64,000 nucleotides of DNA from Octopus vulgaris (taxonomy: Eukaryota): assembly GCA_951406725.2 (NCBI GenBank), contig OX597818.1:11842001-11906000 (forward strand). The letters run 5' to 3'. The position numbers and the translations under genes are program-made. Of the stretch, positions 24,012-37,424 are shown piece after piece. Numbering within the stretch: the first letter of the stretch is position 1; each line of letters starts with the position of its first letter. The notes beneath the pieces are model-generated. The model was not told where the DNA came from. It made no database searches and saw only the letters and a program-made list of their open reading frames with translations.

Positions 24012-26845
24012 CTGGAAATGTAAAAAAGGGAAAATGTACTTAGTACAAATATTCGTTTCAAATATTTAATACAGAAATTAACAAAAGATAAATCTACATT
24101 GTCAGGATTTATAAATAAAACAAACAATTCATTTAAAAGTCAACAGAAACCAATGCCAGTAAAAAACCACAGAAAAACAATGAATCAAATAATAATAATT
24201 ATACACCAATATGTATGTATCTCATTGGAAAAAGAAACTCTTTCCTGTGCATGTGCATGCACCCTTCATCACACTTGCAGGCTATAAAAAGCACCTGTAA
24301 AGAAGTCTGAAGATAACTCCTGTAATAACTGTGGAATCCAATCCTCCACCTGCAGTTTTAGCCACAAATATAAACTGCTCTTCAAAACTATTTACAATAT
24401 ATATATTAGTCCACTTAAATACGGAGCTAAATTTCTAAATAACTTTTAAAAATATGTGACTTTATAGTTTTGAATAGTAGTTTATATATGTATATATATA
24501 CATGCACAAACACACACACACAATGTATATACTTGGGTATGCATGTGTGTTTATCTAACTATCTACCTATCTTTATCTCTCTCAAATATATATATGTGTG
24601 TGAGAGAGAGAGTGAGAGAGAGGTGTTCTGGATTAGAAGACAGTATGGCTGAGAAAACTAGCAGTCATTAGAAAGAAGTATATCTAGAATGATAGATGCA
24701 CCTTTGTCTCGGTGCTGACAGCAGTTTAACAAACAAGAGGAGGAGGACTGGAATAAACAGGATCTTCCTCACTGACCTAACAGCGGGATCGGCAATTGAA
24801 GTTGACAGTTGTATGGTAGATAGGGCAATTAAAGATATGAAGGTACAGAAAGCTGCTAGCCTATGAGGAATACTTTCTGAGATGCTCAAAATATCAAATG
24901 AAGTAGGATATACACTAGACACCCAAACAGTTAATCAGGTAATACAAAGGAAGGTGGTCATACCCAATGACTCAGGCACAGTAATAGCATTGTAAACTGT
25001 TTCTTAGGCAAAGAAATCAGATGCAATCCAATGCCAGTATAGGAAGCAAACATAACTACAATGATGTTTCATTTTATAAACATTCAACTGTACACACACA
25101 CACACACACACACTGATTGTTCATTACTGAGGGGTACAGCTTACAGATATCAATAGCCTATCATCATTCTTATTGGATCTCAAAGGCTCCATTTCTCACC
25201 TTCCTCATGACATGTGATAAATTTGAACTTCAAATGCCTAAGGTTGAAACAGATGGTGCACAATCCACCACTCTAGATTTTTGGTATTTTATTCTTTTAC
25301 TTGCTTCAGTCATTTGACAGCAACCATGCTGGAGCACCACCTTTAGTTGAACAAATCAATCCCAATTCTTACTCTTTGTAAGTCTAGTACTTATTCTCTC
25401 AGTCTCTTTTGCCAAACAGCTAAGTTACGGGGACATAAACACACCAACATCAGAGTCATGTTGAGGGGACAAACACAGACACACAAATATATATATATAT
25501 ATATATGACGGGCTTCTTTCAGTTTCCATCTACCAAATCCACTCACAAGGCTTTGGTCAGCCTGAGGCTATAGTAGAAAACACTTGCCCAAGATGCCACA
25601 CACATGATTGGGAAGCAAACTTCTAACCACACAACCACTCCTGTGCCTATATTTATATTTATGGCATTTTTGGGCATTTTATTTATCAATACTGAACTGA
25701 TAAAAAGTAAAGCTGAGCTCAGTTGGATTTGAACTCAGAAAATAAAGAGCTTGAATACCTATTGCAATGCATTGTAATGACATGGTCAATTCACTGCCTT
25801 ATACATATGTTTTTTGCATGCGGTAGCGCTAGAAGATCAGAGTGTGTGAGGCCTGGCATTTATCTTTTATCACACGCACAAAAGACAGGCTTCTTTCAGT
25901 TTTGAGTACCTAATCCACTCACAAAGCTTTAGTCAGCCAAGGCTACACTACAAGACACTTGCCCAAAATACCATGCAGTGGAACTGAAACTAGAACCAGG
26001 TGGTTGGGAAACAAACTTCTTACCACACCTGAAAGATTTAGGAAGGTATCATACCATTGTAAATTTTTTTTTTTGTTAAGATTAGTGATTATATCTGGTG
26101 GTAGCAAAGCTGTTGCTATTTAGCCCAAAGTCAAACCTGATAAAAAAGACCTATGATAAGAAGCATACCAGCTATGACCATCCCATCTTATTTTTCCTAC
26201 AGTGTTATCTAGGACCACATTATCCAATGTGTATTCCATTATTTTTAAGATAGATATGAAATTATGACTGATGTTTCTCATAACTTGGGAAGCTATGTAG
26301 ATGCACCTTCTTTGAAATGTCAGTGTCTCCTTATATGGTCATTAACAAGTGTTGCCTTGTTACTGTTGCATACAATGATAATGTTGGTGGTAATGACAAT
26401 GGTGAAGATAAAGGAATGTTTTGAAACTGATAATGGTGATAATTGTGTTAGTGGGAATGGTGGGGGTGGTGGTACAGAAAATATTAGTAATATGATTGCC
26501 AGTGGCAAAGTAGTGTTAACAATAATAGTCTGTGACTGTCTGTCGCCACTGCTGCTCCTGCTGCTGGTAGTAGGTGTGTACAAACAGCTGAAATAAGATG
26601 AGCTTTCCTCATCACATGATTCCATTGAGTATATTGTATCAGTCACATGACAGTGACTTCATTTATTTTATGGAACAACATTTTCTCAGATTTTTCACCC
26701 AGCCACACACCTCTCACCCCCCCCCCCACACACACAATTTTTGCCCCAACTGTCAGCTCTCTCTCAGACCATTAGTCTGTGCGCTTGGATAGAGGAAATA
26801 CTATTGAATTCAAAATAATAATAATAATAATAATAATAGTAGTAA

Positions 26846-27803
26846 TACTTTCTACTATAGACACAAGGCCTGAAATTTGTGGAGTGGGGATAAGTTGATT
26901 ACATCAACCCCAGTGTGTAACAAGTACTTATTTCATCGACTTTGAAAGGATGAAAGGCAAAGGTGACCTCGGCAGAATTTTAACTCAGAACATGAAGACA
27001 GACAAAATGCTGCTAAGTATTTTGCCTGACATACTAACAATTCTGCCAGCTCGCTAATTTAATGATAATGATGATGATGATTATGATGATGAAGAAGACG
27101 ATGATGATTTGAAATTTTAGCTCAAGGCCAACAGTTTCAGGTGAGGGGATAATTCAATTAGACTGACCCCAGTGTTCAACTGGTACTTATTTTACCAACA
27201 CTGAAAGGCAAAAATTGATCCCAGCGGCATTTGAACTCACCTAATAAAGACATGAAATGTCGCTAAGCATTTTACTCAGCATGCTAACAATTCTGCCAGC
27301 TTGCTGCTTTTATAATAATAATGATGATGATGATGATAATAATAATAATAATAATGGCTTCAGATTTTGCTACAAGGGTAGCAATTTTGTGGGAGGGGAT
27401 GAGTCAATTACATCAACCCCAGTTGTTCAACAGGTACTTATTTTATTGACCCTGAAAGGATGAAAGGTAAAGTCGACCTCGGCGGAATTTGAACTCAGAA
27501 AGTAACAACAGGTGAAACATCACTAAGCATTTAGTCCAACGTACTAATGATTCTGCCAGCTCGCCACCTTAATAATAATAATAAGAAGAAGAAGAATGGT
27601 TTCAAAGGGACAGCTATTTTGGAGGAGGGATTAAGTCAATTACATCAACCCCCAATGTTCAACTGGTACTTATTTTATCGACCACACAAGGATGAAAGGT
27701 AAAGTCAGCCACAGCGGAACTTGAACACAGAACATAGCAGCAGACAAAATATCGCTAAGCATTTCATCCAGCACACTAACGACTCTGCCAGCTCGCTGCC
27801 TTT
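26846..27803 (-). repeat. Tandem array of four SINE family A units separated by (AAT)/(GAT) tracts
   Basis: Units at ~26846-27056, 27107-27307, 27355-27570 and 27597-27803, each ending TTCTGCCAGCT(C/T)GC or CTCTGCCAGCTCGC on +. Confidence 0.88.
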
Positions 27804-28285
27804 AATAATAATGATAATAGACAAAAATGAATCATGTATTCATCATCATAATCATCTGGACTACTAGCATCAAATTTCTTTTGAATGTGTTGCATGCATA
27901 TATATACATGTTTATGTGAGTGTGTGAGCATGTTTGTGCATCAGAGCAGATGTGTGCATCATATAAATGTTAAAGCTAGAATTGAACTCAGAAGACTTTC
28001 TATTTTGTACAGCATACTAGAGAAATAATATTGAAACTCTCCAAGAAATACAGGTTCATAAGTTCAATAACCTAGGCAGTCATGTTCACAAATACAGGTC
28101 ACTTAATAAGGAATGGATATTAAACTTTCAGGACATTAATTAGCAAACCTTCACAAACTGGGTCATTATAAACTGTAATTAATTTCAAACTGTAAAACAT
28201 TCTACGCAGTCACTCATCCTGTTAGAAATAGCAGCAAAATCTCATTTAAATCACAACCTACCATCTTAAAAAGGATGAACTCATT

Positions 28286-28512
28286 GAAGCGTGGAACAAA
28301 CTGCCGGCATCGGTTGTTAGTTGTCGGAGCACTGCATCCTTCAAGACTTCCATGCTTCCTGAGATTCGCCAACACTACACCTGATTTTCTCCCCTCCATA
28401 CACACACAAGCATGTTCACTTTCCAGACATTTCTACATTACTGCATATACTTTATACACACTTTCTGACAAGTTGTGGTGCACCTGAGCACTGTATACAA
28501 TAATTTCATTAT
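28286..28512 (+). mobile_element. CR1-like LINE 3' end with 3'UTR and (ATT)n tail
   Basis: EAWNKLPASVVSCRSTASFKTSMLPEIRQHYT-stop; inverted partner of 5866-6035. Confidence 0.8.
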
Positions 28513-28780
28513 TATAATAGTGAGGTTCTAGAATTATCCGTTTATCTTTTTACTTGTTTAAGTCATTTGACTGCGACCACGCTGGAGCACCGCCTTGAAG
28601 GGTTTTAGTCAAATTGACCTCAGGACTTGATTTTTTTTAAGCCTGGTTCTTATTCTATGGGTCTCTTTTGCCAAACTGCTAAGTTAAGGGGACGTAAATA
28701 TACCAACACTGGTTGTCAAGCAGTGACAGGGGTACTAACACAGGCACAAAGATACACACACACACACACACATATATATA

Positions 28781-29656
28781 TGTGGTCTGTTCAATAATTA
28801 TCCGGACTGTTGCCATAGTAATGAAACTAAAGCATGCAGAGAGAAGCTGCTTGGCACAGATTGACCTTGAACTCTGCTGTGCATGCACACTAAGTTTTAA
28901 TGTTCTAGCTCACTTCTGTACAGCAGTAATTCGAAGGGAGGCGTGTAGCATTTGATCATTGCTTTGACCATGAGAGAGAAAGTTGAGCAGAGAATCTACA
29001 TCATATTTTGACAAAAACTTGGCAATACCTGCTCAGAGGCTGCCGCAAATTTTTCAGAAAAGTTTCCATCATTCTCAACACAATCAAGGACATATACTGC
29101 AACTGAAACCCAAGTATCTTTTTGGTCAGCTGAAAGCAGTTTTGGCACAAACTTGGCAGACAAGCGTCTCATACCCAAATCTTCAGTGATAATGGACTGA
29201 ACTGAACCATAACTAATCTGCACATCCTCTGATAACTTACGGATGGTGATTTGACAATTTCCCCTTACAACTGCACACACATCTGTGAGGTTTTTCTCAG
29301 TTCTGCTGGTTGCAGGGCTCCCAGAACGTTCATCAATATTGACATTTTTTTGGCCATCTTGGAAATATCTGAACCACTAGTACATTTGTGTGTGGCTCAT
29401 ACACTTTCTGCAACTTTGTGTAGGCCTCTGAGCAGATATTACCATTAAAACTTTCTCTGTCATGGTCAATGTGACAATCACAAGCTACACACATTCCTTC
29501 CAAGCACTGCTGTAAACAGCAGAAGTGAGCCAGAACCATTAAACTTCATACACAGCACAGCACAGTTCAAGGTCAATCTTTGCCAAGCAGCTTCACTCTG
29601 TGTGCTTTAGCTTCGTTACTATGGCAACAGTACGGATACTTATTGATCAGATCTCA
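28781..29656 (-). mobile_element. Fold-back mariner derivative made of two 5' ends in inverted orientation
   Basis: ~28781-29041 is the reverse complement of ~29420-29656. The middle encodes ITIRKLSEDVQISYGSVQSIITEDLGMRRLSAKFVPKLL (mariner HTH plus the WVP-like linker). Confidence 0.85.
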
Positions 29657-31837
29657 CATACACACACACACACATACATACATAAGGAGAATTCACAAAA
29701 AAAAAAACCCAAAAGACAAAGACATGTGGTATAGACAACAAACAGATGTATTAGTTTAATGCTCGAGAAGTGAAAAGTCTTTAACATTTTGACTCTACGC
29801 TCTCCCACAGAAAGGAACACGGAAAGAAACAAGGAGAGAAAATAAAGAGAAAAAATAAAGAATGAGTAGTGGCTAGCGATCTATCATGATGAATGATATA
29901 TATATATAAAATTTATACACACACACACATACATACATACATACATATATATATATATAAAATTTACACACACACACACACCACACATATATACAACAAG
30001 CTTCTTTCAGTTTCCATCTACCAAATCCACTCACAAGGCTTTGGTTGGCCTAAGGCTACAGAAGACATTTGCCCAAGGTGCCACACAGTGGGACTGAACC
30101 CGGAACCATGTGGTTAGGAAGCAAGCTTCTTGAAACACAGCCATGTCTGTGCCTACATATAATTAAAAAACACACTTGTGTAAAATTTTTAAAATAAATT
30201 AAAAAAAGGTAGGATGGTCACTGGCCACAGCTGGAACAGCTCTGATTATAAGGCTGTTCAATCAATCAAGATTGATCTGGTGGGTTAAGTAATAACTAAA
30301 ACAAATATAACAATAACAACTAACAGTAAATATAATAAAAAAAAAAAAGGAAGAAGGTTTCCAAGTAGTCACTCAACTTACTAGAAATAACAGCTAACTC
30401 TCCTTTATATTCTATTGTCTTATAAGAAATATACATTGGATATACATAGATACACAGTCTGATAAAAAGATGGGATGGTCACAGATGGAGTTCCTTTAAT
30501 CAGAAGACTGTCTGAGCAGGGCTGTCCTGTTGCTAAACAACAACAGCTGTAGCTAATTACAAATGGAATTTAAGTCCAAGACAAATGTCCAGTTCAAGCA
30601 TAGACTTGTTAAAATATTGGGAGAGCCTGAAATTACAAATACCCTTCTAATATACAAAAGAGGCACTTGCATTCACTATTTTTTGGAGGGGCTTTTTCCT
30701 ACCACCAGTAAAAAGCTGTAAATTTAATGGATGTTTTCTATTAGCACTAGAACTACTTTCCATTTGCACTATAACTGTTTTCCATTAGGACTAAACAAAT
30801 ATAGTTATCTTAGTTGTCTTAAAATGTGTAAATCAATGTTAATACGCCACAGAAAAGTTCTCAGATTTATTGCAATACAGGTTTACTAAAACACATCACT
30901 GCTGCAGAAAGCTAGGACAGAAGTGAAATAGCTAAAGCTCATAAAACCTTCAGGTCATATCAACTATTATTTTCTTGTGTCACTCTGATTAGAACAATTT
31001 ATGCCATCTGTTTGGTATACTTTACTGGTGGAAATAAACATCATACCTTTTGAGAATGTTGTCTGTGATATTATTACAAACCATGAAACAAGAGTTCTGT
31101 ATAGATCCTTATGACTTGACTATTTAGAAATAGTTTATTTCATATATCCACAAACATGTCAGAGATTTTAAAATATCACACACAGAGAAACAGGCAAATA
31201 AAATGACAGAGAATACAGACATAATAGAGAAGCTACTGTTATATGTATGTCTTTGTGTGAAAGAGAGAGACAGAGAGAAGCTGTGTCAGCGTGTGTGTGT
31301 GTAACAGTAAACTTTCAAATTTGCCAAAACTGATTACACAAACGAACCGTTGGATTGAAATGTTTAGGTAATAATAAATGTTTCTAATTTAGACACAAGG
31401 CCAGCAATTTTGAGGGGTAGAGTTTAGTTAATTACATTAACTCCGGTACTTGATTGGTAATTCATCAACCCCAGAAGGATGAATGGCATAGTTGACTTTA
31501 ATGGGATTCAAACCCAGAACATAAAAAATTGGAACACCATACAGCATTTTATCTGATATTCTAACAATTTTATCAATCTACATTATTATTATTATAATAA
31601 AAGGCAGTGAGGTGGCAGAATCATTAGCATGCCAGGTAAAATGTTTAGCAGCATTTCATCCATCTTCACATACTGAGTTCGAATTCCACCAAGGTCAACT
31701 TTGTCTTTCATCTTTTCAGGGGTGATAAAATAAGTACCAGTTTATCAGTGGGGGCAATGTAACCGGCTTACTTCCTCCCACAAAACTGCTGACGATATGC
31801 CAAAATTTGAAATTAATATCATTGTTATAAAAATTTC

Positions 31838-32357
31838 TTTTACTTGCCACAAGGGGCCAAGACTTGGAGGACAATATCAAAGGACAAGATAAAACACAAA
31901 ACAGGTGGGGGGTCTAACACTGATCAAAGGAAAACACTACAATATTAAAGGATATAACAAGGATATATAAATAGAAGTTTAGAGAAATATTTAAAAAAAA
32001 TCAATAAATAGAATCTCCAATAGTGAGGTAGTCCATTTAGGGTAATTCAAGGTAAACCCCATGCAGAAGTCCAAGATTACTCTGTGATTCCCAAGGCATG
32101 GGAAGTGCCATCTTCCAGTTTCTTTCCTCCTACTTAGAAAAGCATACACAGTGTGGGTTCATTTAGTCTGACCAATCTTACCACTGTCAACCATCTTCTG
32201 ATAAACACCTCCCACTTTACCTTCACCTTCCTCCTCAAATGTTATTTGAAGAAACTGATGAGAGCTTGGCTAGATGGGAAAGTGTCTGTCTTCAAACCTT
32301 TCAGACGGGTCCCCCACATAGCCTTGTTTGCCATAGCTACAAAGCAGAGAAAGATTT
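31838..32357 (-). mobile_element. L1/Tx1-like LINE 3' fragment
   Basis: Minus-strand translation IFLCFVAMANKAMWGTRLKG...FFK*HLRRKVKV...FIRRWL resembles an L1/Tx1 ORF2 C-terminus; a 3'UTR-like tract follows. Confidence 0.5.
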
Positions 32358-33277
32358 ACCTTCCTTTGTTAAAGGAAGTGGGGGGGGGGGGCAGTAGTGA
32401 TGATGATGATGATGATGACAATGACCAAAAGTTAGTGCAAATCTCTCCGAAAATAGGTATAATTATAATCCCTCCTGCACATATGAAAAATATGTAAAGT
32501 GAAAAAAATAGAACACAACAAGGCATCAGAAATTCCATACAAAAGACCTTAAACAACAGAAGAAAAAAAAGACAGAGTATTTCCTCCTACCAAAGCACAA
32601 ACTTGAAATTCTTATTAGTTTCCTCCTTCTGCGTATGGTAGAACAGTGTCGATTTCTTATTTACTTTCAACTGATAGTTTTTATGTTGTATGTTGTTTTT
32701 ACATAAATACGAAAAACTGAATGTAAATAGTTTCACGTGACACCACCGAACGGAATTCAGAAATTAAAGAAAAAATAGATAAAAAATGAAACTAACGGTT
32801 GAGTAGTAGTAGTAGTAGTTGAATGCCTGTACTGCTATATGTTACATGTATGTGACAAGTTAAAATGAAACAGGACAATTGTTTTGCATATTAGACTAAA
32901 ACAACTTACATCTACTCTATAAATATAATCATGACACCTAGACTAATAATCCAATATATATATATATACTACATATATACTGTATGTGTGTTCATGTATG
33001 TGAGAGAGAGGCAGTATACAGAGAGAGAAAGAGATTTGTGTTTACAATTTATCTTTTTAATAATCTTGTTTCCTAAAAGATAAAGAAAAGATATCATTTC
33101 AGAAAAGATATCATTTCACTTTCGTTTAAATATATTTATCTATTCATAAGCATAGAGAGAGTTCTCAAATTATAAATATGGATCCACAATTAGATGTATA
33201 ATTTGCTTGTGTGTATAAATGTATGCATATGTTTACACATACACACTCCTAACTCCATCCTTATATATATATATATA

Positions 33278-33503
33278 CTCTTTACTCTTTTACTTGTTTC
33301 AGTCGTTTGACTGCAGCCATGCTGGAGTACCGCCTTTAGCCGAGCAAATCGACCCTGGGACTTATTCTTTGTAAGCCCAGTACTTATTCTATCGGTCTCT
33401 TTTGCCGAATCACTAAGTGACGGGGACATAAACACACCAGCATCGGTTGTCAAGCAATGCTAGGGGAACAAACACAGACACACAAACACATACACACACA
33501 CAC

Positions 33504-33534
<31 letters not shown>

Positions 33535-33707
33535 CAACATATATACGACAGGCTTCTTTCAGTTTCCGTCTACCAAATCCACTCATAAGGCATTGGTTGG
33601 CCCGGGGCTATAGCAGAAGACACTTGCCCAAGATGCCACACAGTGGGACTGAACCCGGAACAATGTGGTTGGTTAGCAAGCTACTTACCACACAGCCACT
33701 CCTGTGC

Positions 33708-33708
<1 letters not shown>
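33278..33708 (-). mobile_element. SINE family B (tRNA head, CORE-like segment, internal TA/CA microsatellite, 3' domain)
   Basis: Reverse complement of 43319-43747. Other copies at ~25290(-), 53940, 59080; partial copies at 9905, 13550, 14180, 25885, 28540 and 29990. Confidence 0.88.

Positions 33709-33802
<94 letters not shown>
33709..33802. repeat. (TA)n(GA)n compound microsatellite
   Basis: Read directly; a similar tract lies at 45938-46016. Confidence 0.95.
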
Positions 33803-33804
<2 letters not shown>

Positions 33805-35439
33805 ATAATGTTTCTTGAAGGTAAGATCAACAAAGAGAGTACTCCATCTAGTGAGAGATAAATATTAATTGACAAACACAGTATGTATTTTTATGAGCTA
33901 CTAATAGTTTCATACAATGAAAATGACTCAAAAAATGTCTATGAACAAAACATTTTCACACAATCCTGGGCAGAGCCTGGGGACTGCATGAAGGCACCAG
34001 ACATGTTATAAAATGCTAAGTCATGTTCATTGCTGCAGTCATACTGGAACACTGCCTTAAAAGGTTTTGGTCAAACCAATCCTATTTTATTAGAACAAAT
34101 CTATCTTAGTAGAAACCGGAAGAGTTTGATGAGATGGGATTGCCCTACATACCCATAAGTCACATGGAGCTGAGTTAAACTGCTATCAAAAAATATATGT
34201 AACTCCTATCACATGTGTTGAGTATCACCTTCTTCCATTTATCCACACACTTGTATGCATGTGTGCATATGTGTTAGTACTTTCATATTCAGATTATTTT
34301 GTCAAATGTAATTCTTTTTCATTGACATTGTTTATAATTAATCATGCTTTATTTTGTAGCTATAAAGTTTTGATGATGAGATTGTATATGTCTAGAATGG
34401 CATTGAAGGGTAGGTGTGACAGGTTAAATCTGACTAGTTAGAGCATAAAACAAGAAGCATATTTGGGCTGGATGTGGCCTGTTTAAATACTAAAGGGTTA
34501 ATTTGCTGACACTGTTGTAATCCAGGGACTATGGTCTGAGAATCTCAAATCAAAATTCTTAGAGCTGCTTGTATTTTAAAGAAAGATGAGGATGTAAACC
34601 TCAACACTCATAATATTCATGTGAGGAACAGCAACCCTAGATATTGTTACCATTGAAAAACATTGGGTCCAATACAACTGCATGTCATAGTCAACTGAAA
34701 AGGTGTATATGTATATATATACACACACACACACACATTGATGTGTGTGTGTGTGCGTGCGCATGCATGCATAAAAAGAAAATAGCACTCAAAACATCAC
34801 AGTTTAGATTTGCAAGTTGCCTTCTAAATACTCCAAATGCCCAGTTACATAAATTCACATATATTATCAGAATTACTTTGCATCCACTTTCCCATATTGG
34901 CATGGGTTGGATACGTCATCAGGGTCCAAGTCAATTCTTATCTGCAGTTATTGCCTTCATAGATAGGTCAGAGAACCACATCTCACTTGTATGTTCCATT
35001 TTTGTCATGATTTCTACAACTAGATGCTTTCCTCAACAGTAACCACTTTACAGAAAGTGCTAAATGCACAATATCATGCCACCAGTATCAGGGTGGTTAA
35101 TTATAACCTCAACAAAACTAAATGTATATAGCTTCCTGAAGTCATAACTTGCCTTAAGATCCTGCTTACCCAAAGATGAAACTCTGAGAAGCAAGAAAAT
35201 GACTTAGCCAAAATAAAAAATATTAATTTCAAATCTCTACTATAGTATTAAGTATTCTTTCCAACAGTCAACATTAAATGGATATAGATGTGTGTGTGTG
35301 TGTGTTAAGTATATGTGGATGTGCGAGCACATGTCTATATATATGTTTAGTAGGGCAAAAACGCAGTATTTACATCTCTATAGGAATGTAAATAAATACG
35401 GTTAACAAACTAAAAAGACTCTTGAATATATTGCCACTA

Positions 35440-37136
35440 CACCCAGAACTATGCTAATAGCTTAGGAGTGAAATTTAGGAATTCTCAGTTTTCTGTGAAT
35501 TGATTTTGGTAAAACTTTTCCCAGCTGGTTTGCACACTACAGCAACACCATTGTTATGGTTTCATTATTCTGTGTAACGTTCTTTTTTTTTTATTCCAGA
35601 TTCTTCAGCTTTTGGCATTTTTTCAGAAATAATAATGATACATATTAAGCATACATTGAGTATATATTTAACAGAGAACCATAATGATATTGGTGGCACA
35701 TAAAAAACACCATCCGAGCGTGCTGTGTCGGTGGCACATAAAAAACACCATCCGAGCGTGGCCGTTCGCCAGCCTCGTCTGGCACCTGTGTCGGTGGCAC
35801 ATAAAATCACCCACTACACTCTCGGAGTGGTTGGCGTTAGGAAGGGCATCCAGCTGTAGAAACACTGCCAGATCTGACTGGCCTGGTGCAGCCTTCGGGC
35901 TCCCCAGACCCCAGTTGAACCGTCCAACCCATGCTAGCATGGAAAGCGGACGTTAAATGATGATGATGATGATGATTGACAACAATCCAATTGTGGGACT
36001 TCCAAGGCTGTGACGGCTAGAGATTTAAGAAATATTGGCTGCAAGTTACGTGGGAAACCTGAACAAACAGGCAAAGCCATTTTCACCATCTCTGTACTTC
36101 CCTCATGCACCAAAAACCACCAGAAATCACATCCTCTGGACCATTGTTTCCATATGAGAATCCCTGAAACTGCCTCCTCACAGGGGTTTGGGGTTTCAAT
36201 GGGCCCAAAAATACATGATGTTAGACATGAGTTGTGTTCTGTTTACTGACGAAACGAGGGCAGCCCTTGATGAACCTGACAGTTGGGCAAATGATTGAGT
36301 CTATTTTGTAGATGAATGCCACCGATGTTTATGACATCAACAACAGGGTGGAGGAGTCATGTTGTGGGCTGTTATCATTGGGGACAGACTTGTTGGTCCA
36401 GTCAGGGTGCCTGAAGGGGTTAAAGTGACCGCAGCTGCTACTGCAGTTTCCTGAAGAAGGTCTTGGATCCCTGGCTCGATGACATACTGCTGTCACTTCA
36501 AAGGAATCTTGTATTCATGCATGACAATGCTCCCTTCCACTCTGCTAGGACCACCCAAACATTCCTAGGGTCTTACAGCATACAAGGTGAAAGATTGATG
36601 GTGTTGCCGCTAATATCTCTGGATCTCAACCCTATCAAAAATCTTTGGTCCATCATTAAACAAGACGTTTATACCAGTGGACACCAATTTACGTTGAAAG
36701 ACGTCTTATGAGCAACCATCAAACCTGCAGCAGAGGTAGCCCAACCTGCTACTATCAAGAAATTGACAGATTCCGTGACTAATAAGGTTTTTGAAGTTAT
36801 CCATCGAAATGGTGCTCATGTGGCTAAATAATTCATTATTATGGTTTTCTGTCAAATATATACACAATGTATGCTTAATATGTATCATCACCCTTCATTT
36901 TCTGGAAAAAAAAATGTCTAGATGGGCTATTTTCATTCTAAAGCTATTAGCATGGCTCACTACAAAACTGAAGAATCTGAAATAAAAAAGAAAGGATGCT
37001 ACACAGAATAATGAAAACATAACAATGGTGTTGCCATAGCGTGCAAACCAGCTGGGAAAAGTTTTATCAAAATTGATTCAAAGAAAACCGAGAAATTCTA
37101 AATTTCACTCCTAAGCTATTCGTGTGGTTCTGGGTG
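35440..37136 (+). mobile_element. Defective Tc1-related DD37E (TRT-like) transposon with long TIRs, interrupted by a family C SINE at ~35690-35975
   Basis: TA-CACCCAGAAC...GTTCTGGGTG-TA ends; ~250-300-bp inverted repeats. Transposase motifs VLFTDETRAALDEPDSW, QQGGGVMLWA, FMHDNAPFH and SLDLNPIKNLW, with 37 residues between the second D and the E position (here K). Confidence 0.88.
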
Positions 37137-37424
37137 TAATATAGCCACAGTCCTATGACTGGACTGAAATCAATAAATGAGTAAAGGGAATTACACACAT
37201 AACTATAAATTAATGCATAAGGTTCTAAACAATATAAGACATTATAATCAAGGTAACCTAGGACAGAAAAATAGAGGAATGTTTCAATATAAAGTGAATA
37301 ATATGGGGGATTGTGTCTCATCTGTTGTATTTTTACCTTTTTTTGCTCCCAAGTAAGTGCTTACGGATGACTTATAACGATAGCTGCACACAAACATAGC
37401 ATTTGCATATTTGCTTATACACAA

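Noticed and set aside
24950-24970. Minus-strand GMT codons as a possible HMA1 exon
   Set aside because: Reads GMTTFLC then a stop, and lies in a degenerate LINE-like repeat that is also seen near 18340.
35690-35815. Repeat-spacer-like GTGGCACATAAAAAACACC units (also 13180-13390)
   Set aside because: Not CRISPR: these are internal sub-repeats of the RTE 3'UTR/SINE family, the spacers resemble each other, the DNA is eukaryotic and there are no cas genes.
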